Of a stretch of 64,000 nt of DNA, positions 13,065-28,611 are shown one piece after another. The notes under the pieces are model-generated. The model made no database searches, had not been told where the DNA came from, and worked only from the letters and a program-made list of their open reading frames with translations. Numbering within the stretch: position 1 is the stretch's first letter; each line of letters starts with the position of its first letter. The stretch is from Eledone cirrhosa (Eukaryota): the NCBI GenBank assembly GCA_964016885.1, contig OZ024754.1:14694001-14758000 (forward strand), given 5' to 3'. The position numbers were made by a program, and so were the translations under genes.

Positions 13065-14025
13065 TATATATATATGTGTGTATGTGTGTGTGTGTGTCTG
13101 ATGGTAGCTAAGATGCTTCCATAGGCGGTATGCCGGTTGAGCACTCTATGCTCTTACAGAGCAGAGTATGATAGAATAGAAAATGAAAAACCAGTGATGC
13201 ATCTGAACTCAATTTATTGTGTGTTACAATTGTTTCGCTGGCGGATAGCTCGAGACGCGATCATTGTGTGGATCTGTCTGACTCTGGACCCGCAGGTTCG
13301 ACGGACACGTCTAATGATTTCGGAGCATATTCTCTCACTGGGGTATCTGACCCTCTGGGCCAGTACCGTCAAAAACTTCATCCTCTTCGCGTGTCCTGTG
13401 ATTGGCCACTGGTTGTCTACGTCATCATAATTCTAACCACAGGTACCAGTCCGCTCACCATCAGGGCTTTGTCTGTCCCATGTCTGCTACACTTCAATAC
13501 ATTACTGCTGTGTTTGGTAGTTTACACAGCCACACGCGCACTCACAGACACACACATACATAACCCCATAGATAACGACAGTCGTACGCATAGACTCCCG
13601 CTATATACACACACATTTAAGGAGAACATATAAACATAAAAACATACGCATACATGCTACCAGAGAGGCACGTACATACACAGACACATGCCCACATGCC
13701 TATATACATCAACATTCACACACACATGTGTGCATACACATGCATACGCGTATATAAACCCGTACACACAAACAGGTACAGACATATACATATACCCCCC
13801 CCCATTCCACCCACGCACGCACACATACATACACACACGTACCCATATACACGCACAGACACATACTCGCTCGCAAACACACATATATATATACACAAAC
13901 AAGCCCTTTCCCTACAGGGGTGCTTGTACACACACACACACTAGCTCGTAAACACTCCTACAAATATGTGCATATTCACATACACACCCACGCACGCATA
14001 AAAAAAAAATATATATATATATATA

Positions 14026-14408
14026 ATTCAAAATATTAACAAAATAGATATTTTTGTGATCAATTATATTTTATTATACATATTTCAGAGGTACTGAATT
14101 AAGTTCAACAGTACGTCCTCATCAGATAAAATAAAATGATACGTGATATACCCTGATATGGTAGATGGTTAAGGTTTGATGATACATGATATACCCTAAT
14201 ATGGTAGATGATTAAACCTTAATCATCTACCATATCAGAGTATGTCATGTATCATTTTATTTTATCTGATGAGGACGTACTGTTGAACTTAATTCAGTAC
14301 CTCTGAAATATGTATAATAAAATATAATTGATCACAAGAATATCTATTTTGTTAATAATTGTAAAACTCATTCTTTGATGTATTCATTGAATCTTGTTTA
14401 ACTCTTAA

Positions 14409-14409
<1 letters not shown>
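14026..14409 (+). mobile_element. Family C copy with two opposed HHRs (14062-14140 minus, 14250-14335 plus)
   Basis: CTGATGA 14266-14272; extended stem II GTACTG..CAGTAC; GAAA 14305-14308; TATGTA TA ATAAAAT. Confidence 0.8.
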
Positions 14410-14470
<61 letters not shown>

Positions 14471-14497
14471 GTATATATGTATATATATGTATATATG

Positions 14498-14529
<32 letters not shown>

Positions 14530-14534
14530 TGTAT

Positions 14535-14575
<41 letters not shown>

Positions 14576-14576
14576 C

Positions 14577-14628
<52 letters not shown>

Positions 14629-14716
14629 GTATATATGTATATATATATATATATGTATATATGTATATATATATATATATATATGTATGTATATATATAT
14701 ACATATATATATATAT

Positions 14717-15155
14717 AGTTTTGCGAGGTTTTTGATATGAAATCGTGTGGCGAAACAAATATTGTTATACTTGAGGAGGGTCATATTTGTGTAATATTGC
14801 CAGAATTAATAACAGAACACACTCACTGTTTGGTTGGTTTTCGCTTCTGTGTCTTTTATATCGGTTAATTTAATTTATTCGGTCCTCAGTGTTGCCATTG
14901 ACTGACCAACGGTAAAAAATACAGATACAATATAGACACAAACACATATAACAAAGTTCTTTCGTTGCACATCTGCAACATCGTCAGTGGTGCTATTGTT
15001 TCTCCCGTTGCATTGTATTTTCTACGCTATCTTTTTTGACCGTCGGTCAGTCAATGTCAACATTGAGGACCGAATAAATTAAATTAACCGATATAAAAGA
15101 CACAGAAGCGAAAAGCGAAAACCAACAAACAGTGAGTGTATTCTGTTATTAATTC
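14717..15155 (-). mobile_element. Family J inverted-arm element with HHR motif at 14951-14991
   Basis: ~150-bp inverted arms. Minus strand: CTGACGA t GTTGCA gatg TGCAAC GAAA GAAC TT, weak stem I. Related pieces at 16105-16166, 27040-27088, 36720-36765 and 46270-46448. Confidence 0.7.
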
Positions 15156-15595
15156 TGGCAATATTACACAAATATGACCCTCTCCAAGTATAACTATATA
15201 TATATATAATAGTAATAATAATAAATTTGAAGACTAAAATCCAAAGAGGGCTCGATAAGGATAAATATATATCAAATATATAAGAACCGTTCATTGCCAG
15301 AGAACGTCTCTATGCACCACCTAAGAGAACATTAGTCTACGACCTCTTTTATACCATAAACGTGGTTCTGTCTTTGCGCGTAATTGTTTTCACCACTCCT
15401 ATTAATGACGTTTTTTCCCGTTCTTTGCCAGCGAACGTTTCCACGAACCAAAGTATTGTCTTCCTGTCTTCCTCCGGTTGCAACGTTTTTTGAAATATCC
15501 ACTTCTGCGTTTAAAGATTGACTTTGTTAGTTTCAGAAGATCCCGTTATGGGTGAAAGCCGCGATTCTTTGCTTAAACTTTAATCTGTTATTTTA

Positions 15596-16065
<470 letters not shown>

Positions 16066-16171
16066 ATATATATAGATATATATATATATGTATATATATA
16101 TATGTACAGTGAGTGTGTTCTGTTATTAATTCTGGCAATATTACACAAATATGACCCTCCCCAAGTATATA

Positions 16172-16221
<50 letters not shown>

Positions 16222-16236
16222 CATATATATATATAT

Positions 16237-16320
<84 letters not shown>

Positions 16321-16435
16321 AGGGTATTGAAGTTTGCTTGAAGCATTGTGGAATAATAAGGTAAATTTCTTTAAGTCGTTTGGAAGCCTCGACAATGCAG
16401 ATGGGTAAATCTCCGGGTAACAAGATCCGGTGGTG

Positions 16436-16643
<208 letters not shown>

Positions 16644-16737
16644 TGTGTGTGTATATATATATATATATATAAATATTATAAAGAACGCGGAATCAGTATT
16701 GCATCAAACCACAATTTGTATATATATTTATATATAT

Positions 16738-16978
<241 letters not shown>

Positions 16979-16982
16979 TATG

Positions 16983-17018
<36 letters not shown>

Positions 17019-17903
17019 GAGAGATAGTGTGTGCCTATGTTTGTGTGTGTGTCTATCATATGAAAGGTAAGATGAATGAGATATATTTCTTTGTACTCAT
17101 TCAACCCTATGAGAACGCCACTACTTCTCATCTTTCCACCTCACCCTACACCATCTCATCAACTTCCAGCTCCACTTTCTCAACATCATCGTCCCCAGTT
17201 TTACCACAACCATCACCACCATCACCAACATCACCAGATCATCAGCATCACTACAACCAACACATTTACCAATACTACCAACCAAACCAGCCGATAACTT
17301 CCCCCACTATAACCACCACCCCCACCACCACCACCATCACCGCCACCACCACATCATCATCACCCTCATCTGTGCTGGTGTGAGATCGAACATAACTGTC
17401 AATCATTCCTGATCGATAAAGAAATTATCGACCCAGTGTTAGTTCAGCCCTTCCACCCTTCAGGATTTACCTCCCTGGATGTTCCGCTAGATCAAGTTAG
17501 GTGGGGCCGAGAACCACATTTTTCAAATGGATTCAACCCACCCCCACCCCCACAGTTCCTCCGTTTACCCTTGCTCTCTCACACACACACACGCACATAC
17601 ACACACAACTCCAGCCACCACACAATACACACCCACATTTACAACATCCGTATATACCATGCCACAAACATCTACATCTGCACACATATAACCATCTACC
17701 AGGGGCCTCGTTTGTCTTAAAAATGTGAGGGGACCAAACCAACATTTGTTGATTCTTAAAGGAGCATAAATTGCTTATGGTCCCTTTCCTGGACCCTATC
17801 ACATAAGTAAAATTTTACGCTAATTAAATTTTATATATCCAAATGAAGTTCAGATATAAAAAAAAATGAACTTAAAAAGAATTTATTATATCAAATAAAC
17901 GAG

Positions 17904-18398
17904 GGCGGTGGATTGGCAGTATCGGTAGAGAGTCGGACGCCATGTTATGGCGGTGGATTGGCAGTATCGGTAGAGAGTCGGACGCCATGTTATGGCGGTG
18001 GATTGGCAGTATCGGTAGAGGGTCGGACGCCATGTTATGGCGGTGGATTGGCAGTATCGGTAGAGGGTCGGACGCCATGTTATGGCGGTGGATTGGCAGT
18101 ATCGGTAGAGAGTCGGACGCCATGTTATGGCGGTGGATTGGCAGTATCGGTAGAGGGTCGGACGCCATGTTATGGCGGTGGATTGGCAGTATCGGTAGAG
18201 GGTCGGACGCCATGTTATGGCGGTGGATTGGCGGTATCGGTAGAGGGTCGGACGCCATGTTATGGCGGTGGATTGGCAGTATCGGTAGAGGGTCGGACGC
18301 CATGTTATGGCGGTGGATTGGCAGTATCGGTAGAGGGTCGGACGCCATGTTATGGCGGTGGATTGGCAGTATCGGTAGAGAGTCGGACACTATGCTTT
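17904..18398 (+). repeat. 45-bp tandem array: 11 copies of the SINE 5' head
   Basis: Unit ggcggtggattggcagtatcggtagag(g/a)gtcggacgccatgttat at 17904, 17949, ..., 18354. Confidence 0.95.
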
Positions 18399-18541
18399 CC
18401 GGCATAGTTACGTCCCTTTACGGTCTGAGTTCAAATCCCGCCGAGGTTTACTTTGCCTTTCATCCTTACGGGGTCGATAAAATAAAGTACCAGTAATACA
18501 CTGGGTTATTGCTGGCCTTGTGCCTAAAGTAGAAACAATTA
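18354..18541 (+). mobile_element. Full SINE terminating the 45-bp array
   Basis: The 16-bp TSD attatatcaaataaac (17885-17900, 18538-18553) encloses both array and SINE. Confidence 0.9.
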
Positions 18542-18924
18542 TATCAAATAAACAAAAAATAAGGCATAGACGTTTGAAAAAGTGTGTGTATGGGGGGGGG
18601 GACTTGTCCCTGGTACCCCACTGAAACAAGGTCCTTGCCATCTACCCTATACGTTTTGATGCTATCTACTCTACGCGTATGTGCACCTGCCCCCACCCCG
18701 GACACACATTAATGTGCTCAAGCCCATGTGTGCTTGTTTCTCTTGCACGCTATTCTGTCTTCTCTGGAAGAAATATGCAGCTTATCTGGGTTCATACATA
18801 GAGAGATGACGGGCTCCGTCAGGTTTTAAAATGTCCCCCCAAACACTCTCTATGTTTCTACAGTCCTCCCTATCCCCAAATCTAACAGAAAATATGGGTC
18901 GATACATAACTACATATTATATTA

Positions 18925-19118
18925 TAATTGTTTCTACTTTTGGCACAAGGCCAGCAATAACCCAGTGCATTACTGTTTTTTTTTATTTTATCGACCCTGT
19001 AAGGATGAAAGGCAAAGTTAAGCTCGGCGGGATTTGAACTCAGATCATAAAGGGACGTAACTCTATGCTTCAAAGCATGGTGTCCGACTCTCTATCGATA
19101 CTGCCAATCCGCATGGCC
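18925..19118 (-). mobile_element. Full-length SINE
   Basis: Match to the SINE consensus. Confidence 0.9.
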
Positions 19119-19179
19119 ATATCAATTTGTAGTAAAAGAAGGATCAACCGCTTAAACTATGTCGTACTTGCGTACCCCG

Positions 19180-19705
19180 AGTAAGAATTTGAGTTGTAAA
19201 ATGTATAATTTTCGCGTTTCCGTTGAAATTTATACATTTTCTTGGTTACCTAAAGTATATTTTCCAGTGAAAACATACTTTGTGGTTTCGTGTTTGCGAG
19301 GAGATCTTCCATTCTGGTGTTTTTGTAATATATTTTAACTATGATCCTGTGGTTAGGGATGATACATATTCTGTTATATCTTATGAGCTTTTAATGCTGT
19401 ATTCATCCGTTTTGTAACCAGGGAGCATTTGGTTCTTGTGCGTTTGGTATACGATATGTGTGGTTTGTATATTTTTACTGGTAGAGGAATCTGTTATATA
19501 AGTAAGAGCGGATTCGTTCTTGTATTGTTTTATGGTATCATCTACTAATCTATTGGGGTAACCGCTATTAACTAATATTTGTTTTGTACGTAAGATTAAC
19601 TTATTTAAAGCTTCATTAGGAAACGAAAACACGAAAGCTTGTTTAACGAGGGGCTGGACTATAAATATTTCATACCTCTATGACATCCTTTGCGTGCATG
19701 TATAG
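19180..19705 (-). pseudogene. Decayed Penelope-like element ORF fragment (RT thumb/linker towards GIY-YIG)
   Basis: Translates to ...RTKQILVNSGYPNRLVDDTIK...KNQMLPGYKTDE... and, after a frameshift, IVKIYYKNTRMEDLL. The NGYP motif and YYKN linker resemble PLE ORFs (recognised from memory, not searched). Confidence 0.7.
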
Positions 19706-19963
19706 AATCTGGCAGTGTTTATTTATTATTATGTGCGTGTGTGTGCGCGCGCGCACACGCAATCAACACATTTTGGGGGAAAGTACTTGTTTTATCGATT
19801 CTGGAAAGATAAAGGTCAGAGTTGGCATCAGTGGGATTTGAACTCAGAATGTAAAAACAAAACAAAACCTCAGTGGAATTTTATCCAAACTTCTGTCTAA
19901 TCACAGATCTCTTGGGTAATTATATTTATTTATTATTTTGTGTGAGTGTTTATGTGGCTAGGA

Positions 19964-20059
<96 letters not shown>

Positions 20060-20082
20060 TCCTATATATATATATATATACT

Positions 20083-20160
<78 letters not shown>

Positions 20161-20339
20161 TGTATGTACGTATATATGTATATATAAGAGTAAAAGTGCT
20201 TTTACTAGTATAACCACACAGCATCATACCAGGTATTGAGTGCTTCGTTGATTCTTTGACTCTTTGATTCGTGGCCATCCATTCCCAGTACCGCAGACTA
20301 TCAATATATACATACATACACACATACATACACATATAC

Positions 20340-20473
<134 letters not shown>

Positions 20474-20676
20474 TTACATGTTATATGTATGTATGTATAC
20501 CTTGGTTCCGTTTTGCCAATGCCAATTGGGTCCCACAAGACTGACGTATCGCCATTTACGTATGTAGATATGTACACAAACATACATACATACATACATA
20601 CAAACATATATATACATACATATACATATATACATACATATACATATATATATATATATATACACACACATATACA

Positions 20677-20707
<31 letters not shown>

Positions 20708-20987
20708 TAGACAAAATATAGATATATAGATATGTATATATCCGTACATTTGTGGCTGTATGTGTGTGTATATGTGTGTGTATATATTTAGATATAACTC
20801 TGGATGGTCGGCTGGCTGGCAGGATGTTTCCTTTTCGTTGTTTGTTTGGCAAGAGTAATTACGGTTAAATGTGTACCTGTCTCTGTCATAGCATATCATG
20901 TCTATATTTTCATTTCTCTAATCTAGCTATCATTGGCAATATGTTTATATCATACATACCTGCGGCTTTTATCTACCTACTACTCCG

Positions 20988-21022
<35 letters not shown>

Positions 21023-21099
21023 GAGAGAGAGAGCGAAAGAGGGAGAGAGAGAAAGAAAGAGAGAGAGAGTTATGTTTATGCTCATATATTCATGTATGC

Positions 21100-21147
<48 letters not shown>

Positions 21148-21151
<4 letters not shown>

Positions 21152-21744
21152 TGGCTGCCAACTCGTTTTCGAGTACGGCCACTACTTTATATCCATGTAG
21201 AAGAACCCCTACCAATGCGCTGAACGAGTGTGACTTTTTAGTCCAGCCAGCGACTTGAAAACTCTGGTACAAACACTACACTTGTGACAATTATTGGCAC
21301 ATAGTGCTGGGCCCATGGTACCATGTGAGGACAAGTGCAGAGAGATCTCCAGATATAAAGCAATGCCTGTGCCGTGAAGCTTTTATAGTGAGCAAAGGCA
21401 CTGCACAAAACCAGTCCCACTCTCTTAACCAAGATAATATTTACCAAAAAGAAGAACAAGTCAACATCATTGGATACCATCAGGGTTGCAGGTGTTATAT
21501 CATAGTTTTCCTTCTCCTAGAATGCTGCCTTGACAAAGGCTAAGGGGTTATTTTGGATAGCCATTGACTCTTAAGAGCTCCTTTGCTCTTTGACAGGTTT
21601 TGTTTTTAGTCCTGCAGGATGTCCAAAGTCACCCTCCTCACCAAAAAACCTTGGTGGGGTTGTCAGTTTAGTCGCCAACGACCCGACCATGGGACAGGTT
21701 GTACTGGGTTACATGTTACCAGTAGCACCAACTGGTGACCTGAC
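21148..21744 (-). mobile_element. Bipartite non-autonomous RTE-derived element, family R1 (longest copy, ~600 bp)
   Basis: RTE-like 5' UTR joined to a terminal C2H2 finger coding stretch and 3' end GGCCGTACTCGAAAACGAGTTGGCAGCCACCAT. Five copies in the window. Confidence 0.75.
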
Positions 21745-21775
<31 letters not shown>

Positions 21776-21787
21776 TATATTATATAT

Positions 21788-22286
21788 GATGGCTGCCCCC
21801 TCGTTATCGAGTATGGCCATTGGACGATATAACATTTTTAATAATTATTAATTAATTCTCTCGGGCAATGCCTGTGCGTGTAGATTTTTTTTAAGTGAGG
21901 AAAGACTGTGCTCGGAGCCAATCCCAGTCTCTGAGCGACACTAGCTATAACCCGAAAAGAAGAAAAGATCGTCATCATCGGTAACTACTGAGCCACAGGT
22001 TTTATATCGAAGTTATCCCAGTTTCCTGAGTTGCCTTTCCTAGAAGAATGCCCTGACAAAGGCGAGGGGTCCTTCACTGTATATCTATATACACATATAC
22101 ATATACATACATATGTACATGTGTATATATACATATTTGCACACATTTGGATGGCCGTTGACTCTTATGAGTTCTTCCGCCTTTGTCAGGTTTTGTTTTT
22201 TGTGCCCAAAATCACCTTCCTCACCAAATACACTTGGTGGGGTTGCCGGTTTAGTTGCCGACGACCCGACCATGCGGCAGGTTGTA
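21788..22286 (-). mobile_element. Bipartite RTE-derived element, family R2 (interrupted by microsatellite)
   Basis: 5' part homologous to R1; 3' end (gatggctgccccctcgtt..gagtatggccattg) matches 50829-50865. Confidence 0.7.
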
Positions 22287-22288
22287 TA

Positions 22289-22370
<82 letters not shown>

Positions 22371-22371
22371 C

Positions 22372-22404
<33 letters not shown>

Positions 22405-22465
22405 GATACATATATAGATACATATATATATATATACACATATATATAGATACATACACATATAC

Positions 22466-22516
<51 letters not shown>

Positions 22517-22522
22517 GAAACA

Positions 22523-22612
<90 letters not shown>

Positions 22613-22645
22613 CAGTATATATATATATATTTATATATATATACA

Positions 22646-22690
<45 letters not shown>

Positions 22691-22758
22691 TACATATATA
22701 AATGGAGTGAATGGCCAAGTTATACTTAAAACAATTTTAATTCTACATGTTTCAATAC

Positions 22759-22831
<73 letters not shown>

Positions 22832-22833
22832 CA

Positions 22834-23310
<477 letters not shown>

Positions 23311-23400
23311 TATGTGGATATATTCATGTATATGTATGTGTCCGCATGTATCTGTGTATTTCTTTATACTGTGTATATATATATATATATATATAAAATG

Positions 23401-23446
<46 letters not shown>

Positions 23447-23451
<5 letters not shown>

Positions 23452-24060
23452 GGAAAAAATGAAACGAAATTTCATTTCCCACACTTAGTACGGCTGTTAC
23501 TTAAATATAAGTATGTACACGTACATACATATATACATATACAGACGTACAGTAGTATGTATATATATATACATACATGCACACATATATATATATGTAC
23601 GTATGGATTCACCGAACATTTATTATAATGCTCGGTGTGTTTGTAAACAAACACCCCGTATTAAACCGTAGTGTCCAGCAACCATCGTTGCTCGTTTGTT
23701 CAACACTGACAAAGGAACGCTGTACTAGTTTCAGGCTTATTAGCTATCGTCAGCAACGTATACCTTCCTGCCAGATTGTTGAACGTATATACTTACCTTA
23801 TGCATATTAACAGCTGAGCAGCAACGATGGTTGCTGGACACTACGGCTTAATACGGGATGTTTGTTTACAAACACACCGAGCATTATAATAAATGTTCGG
23901 TGAATCCATACGTACATCTATATATGTGTGCATATATGTATATATATACATACTACTATACGTCTGTATACATATATGTATGTACGTGTACATACTTATA
24001 TTTAAGTAACAGCTGTACTAAGAGTGGGAAATGAAATTTCGTTTCATTTTTTTTCCGTTT
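23447..24060 (-). mobile_element. Family I copy with ~240-bp inverted arms and HHR at 23717-23759
   Basis: Minus strand: ACGTTG CTGACGA TAGCTAATAAGCCT GAAAC TA GTA CAGCGT. Confidence 0.8.
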
Positions 24061-24293
24061 ATATATATATATATATATATATATGAAAAGTATAGAAATT
24101 TTTGTAGCAAGAAGGCAACAGTATTCCATAATATATAAGTGACTATAGCGTCAAAACGGGAAAATGGTTAACGTAAGATGTGGGGAAAATAATTCAACCT
24201 CAATTCAAAAAGAATCAGAATTTAGTGAAATCCAGGGGAAAATCAATAGAGCCTTAACTCATGATAAAATAAAGCCTAAAATACTCATCCTTC

Positions 24294-24333
<40 letters not shown>

Positions 24334-24809
24334 TGCATCCTCTCCTTATCTCTCTCTCTCTCTCATTCATTCGCACTCTTTTCTCTTTCCATTTCCGTAA
24401 TTTCCTTTTTCAACTTGAAAATGTATATATTGTCATATATACATATATGTGTGTGTGTGCGCGTGTGTGTGTGTGTGTGCGGGTGCAAGTTCGTATATTT
24501 GTGTATATGTGTATATATATATGTATGTATATGAATATGTCAGTATGTCGTTATCATAAACTTTATCTTTGGTAAATAGACGGATGCTCTATAAACAAAT
24601 ACATACGCATATATGTGTGTGTATGTGTATATATTTGTGAGAGTCTTTTATATTTATCTATGCGTGTGTGTGTTTTTTCAGGTATTTATTAGCTACATTC
24701 CATTTTTACACACATGAACTGACATATACACGTATATACATATATATATATATATATATACACCCATAGACAAATATATGTTAAAATATGTTATATGTGT
24801 GTACATATA

Positions 24810-24901
<92 letters not shown>

Positions 24902-24911
24902 TATATATATA

Positions 24912-25083
24912 GGTTTTAATATAGAAGAGATTCTACAGGACTAGAACTGTTTTATTCGAGAGAAATTTCGAATGAAACAGTTCTAGTTCTGTAGAATCTC
25001 TTCTATATTAAAACCTTTATACTCTACTATGTGTTGAGTACCTTACTTACTGTGGTTACCTCCGATTCAACCCGGAATAACTT
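24912..25083 (+). mobile_element. Family B copy
   Basis: Reverse complement of 921-1105 with a different hairpin junction. Confidence 0.7.
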
Positions 25084-25100
25084 ACCTATATATATATATA

Positions 25101-25289
25101 GGAACAAGTAAGACCCCGACGGCTGAGCTCAAGCCGTTTCGACGGCTAATTCTGGACTGAATTAGCCGTCGAAACGGCTTGAGCTCAGCCGTCGGGGTCT
25201 TACCTGTTCCTATTACCCACTCTACTACCCTAAGTATTGAGTACTTTGGTGCGTTATGGTCCACCTGGTTCCTTACCACATTTCCTTTG

Positions 25290-25292
<3 letters not shown>
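25101..25292 (+). mobile_element. Family A copy
   Basis: Near-identical to 69-260. Confidence 0.8.
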
Positions 25293-25332
<40 letters not shown>

Positions 25333-25518
25333 AGTGGAAGCTTAGTAAAATCGAAGCTGTGGCTGTGGCCAAGCAAAGACGACGATAAGGAATGAGTAGC
25401 AAAGCACTCAATAAGGTTAGGTCCTTAGAGTAATAACATTACGTTTAAATAGCTTGACAAATTGAAAATTGCGATAGGCAAAACCCAACCATACAATACC
25501 AAAACAACGAAAGAACTA

Positions 25519-25583
<65 letters not shown>

Positions 25584-25585
<2 letters not shown>

Positions 25586-26295
25586 TAGCAGTGGTACCCG
25601 GCGTTGTACGGGATAAGGTATTTTGGAACGCGGGCCGCAAACAGATCTAATCGTGGAAAAACTGCATGCCTGGGCAATATGTAAAAAAAATAAACCGAAT
25701 ACTCTGATGGCTGGATAATCTTTAAGATTTTCCTCGATGAAGCAAAAAAAATGCAGGTTTTCACCTAATGCGGGCCCTGGGGGATCAAGAAAATGAATTT
25801 TTTTATGTGCATAATATGCCTTGAAATTTGCCTCAAAAAAGCCCTAAAAAGCTGAAAAAATGAAGTTTTTCACCTAATGCGGGCCATAAGAATGTTAGAT
25901 TTTTTTTGCTTACGGTATGAAGAAGAGACTGACTAATACATAGTTACAATTTCAAGGAAATCGGTCTGACCTAACGCCTAAAAAAAACCCGTAAAAATCT
26001 TAAAAAACGAAGTTTTTCACCTAATGCGGGCCCTAGGAGATAAAAAAAAGTTGATATTATAAGGGCGCGACGTTATATGTATGTATCTATCTAAAAAGAG
26101 AAAGACTAAGAATTATAGAGAGAGGTCCCTAAATCTCCTAATGCGGTCCCTAGGGCATTGAAAATTTGAATTTTTTTTTGTTCAGAACACTCCCTGAAAC
26201 ATAAGTATTACATGTGTAAAGTTTGAAAACAGTCGGTTTGGTGGTTCTCGAGTTTTAAGGATTCTAACTCACACACACACAGACATCCATCCTCA

Positions 26296-26302
<7 letters not shown>
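25584..26302. mobile_element. Non-autonomous Helitron/Helentron-like element with internal subrepeats
   Basis: Starts ACTAGCAGTGGTACCCGGCGTTGTACGGG; 3-4 internal ttttcacctaatgcgggcc motifs; ends (CA)n-gaca...ttttatatata. Related termini at 43088-43868. Confidence 0.55.
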
Positions 26303-26330
<28 letters not shown>

Positions 26331-26346
26331 ATTTGTATTTATGTTA

Positions 26347-26474
<128 letters not shown>

Positions 26475-27128
26475 TGAAAAATGTGTGACAACCTTGGTAC
26501 AGTTAGGTATATTTGAAAAAAGGAAAAGAATGACTTCACTTGTAGTTCTGAACAATTTAATTTTATAATATTACAATTTTACAATTTTTTTTTGCAGATC
26601 TAATAAGTTCTTTGTTAACTTCGTTGGGGAGGTTTTTTTAAGATTCCTGGTTAACTTCCCTGGAGAACTTTCTTGCATTCGTCAGTGGCGATTGTCAAAC
26701 TGATTAATTTGGCAATCACCACCGACGAATGCGCGAATGTTACACACACACACACACACACGCGCGCGCGCACGCACACGCACACACACACACACGCACG
26801 CACGCACGCACACACACACACACATACATAGGCACACATAGGCACACACACGCACGCACACATATATATATATATATGGTGTAGTACAGAACAAAGGAGA
26901 GACACACAAAATAAAAACCTAATCACTGAGGAGGTCACAGAATGTGTGACGAAAGAGCTTTGACAATATATAAACAAACTTCCGGTTATCGAACTAACCA
27001 ACCAACTGGAAACTTATAATAAATTGAAGTTAAAATTTGCAGGTGCGTGTGATTTTATTGGCAACATGACCCTCCCAAAGTATAACAATATATATATACA
27101 TACATATATATACATATATATATATATA

Positions 27129-27294
27129 CGTTCTTCCGGGTTGAATCGGAGGTAACCACAGTAACTAAGGTACTCAATACATAGCAGAGTATAAAAGTTT
27201 TAATATAGATGAGATTCTACAGGACTAGAACTGTTTCATGATTTCTAATGAATGAAACAGTTCTAGTCCTGTAGAATCTCATCTATATTAAAAC
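27129..27294 (-). mobile_element. Family B copy
   Basis: Near-identical to 921-1105 with a shorter junction. Confidence 0.7.
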
Positions 27295-27358
<64 letters not shown>

Positions 27359-27946
27359 GTATGTGTGTGCGTGTGTGTGTATATAAATATGCCTGTATGT
27401 ATGTATGTATGTATGTATGTATGTATGTATGTATGTATGTATGTATGTATGTATGTATGTATGTATAAATGCATGCATCGATGAACAGAAAGAGGGAGTG
27501 AGAATAAAATAGAGAGACTAAGAGAAAATGAGGAGAAAGAATGAAAGAGATACAAGAAACTCTCTAAATGATAAGGAAGTATAAATACTACATCAGAAGG
27601 GTTCGCTTTATATATAGACCCAGAAAACATTGTTGGAAGTCTGTTACCCATACATCTAGGTCGATGTAACCGTCACACAATCTGACATTTCTTCAGTCAA
27701 TCCCCTACTTTCGCCCACACGTTACACCCACTATCTCAGTATCTTGCTGGGTACTCTCCATGTTACGACTTAGGCTACCCAGAAAATCCTCTGCTCGTTA
27801 TAACATTCCCAACTCACCACTATATATTACCTCATCGTAGTTTGGGCATGAGTCAACCTACGAGACGCCTCTAGGTGATCGTTCGGTCTGTTAAAAATAG
27901 AAGAGAAAATCCTTCAAATCACACAACTACCGTCAAAAATTACTCC

Positions 27947-28023
<77 letters not shown>

Positions 28024-28144
28024 ACGGGGAGAAAGAAAAATATATTTTTTTACTTTCTTGTTTCTCTTCCTAATAATCGTCTCTTTCTCCATGTTTTCAT
28101 ATATATATATATATAATTCCTAACTCGTGTGCTTCCTCTCCACA

Positions 28145-28210
<66 letters not shown>

Positions 28211-28521
28211 GGGAATAAAGTTCTATACAAAACAGGGGTTACAGAGAAAAAGTGGAATTGGAAATAGTACGGAAAATATATTAAAGGATCTGTTTTTCTT
28301 CGTCAAAGTCACGTTATGGAAAAAATGAGATGTTAATAAAAAATATATAATATATAATATATGATATATATATATTATATATATTATATATAAGATGTAT
28401 ACATTATAATTATATATAAAATATATATATTATAAAACGCCTTCTCAGTAAGGAAAGGAAAAGTAAGAAAAACAGACCCTAAAATGTATTTTCCGTGGTA
28501 TTTGCAACTACACATTCTCTC

Positions 28522-28591
<70 letters not shown>

Positions 28592-28611
28592 TATATATAT
28601 ATATATATATA

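Noticed and set aside
13090-13475. HHR from GAAAC-AATT-GTA (minus, ~13222) and CTGATGG (~13460)
   Set aside because: Stem I partners do not match and the spacing is ~230 nt; probably a repeat fragment, but unsupported.
17904-18398. CRISPR-like array or 15-aa repeat protein
   Set aside because: No unique spacers; the unit is the SINE head and the context is eukaryotic.
21640-21744. HDV-like ribozyme at the R1 5' end
   Set aside because: Could not assign a contiguous P1-P4/P1.1 pseudoknot by eye; left as a test rather than a feature.
26675-26732. Hairpin containing CTGACGA on minus as an HHR
   Set aside because: No stem II or stem I can be formed around the nearby GAAA; treated as an isolated imperfect palindrome.
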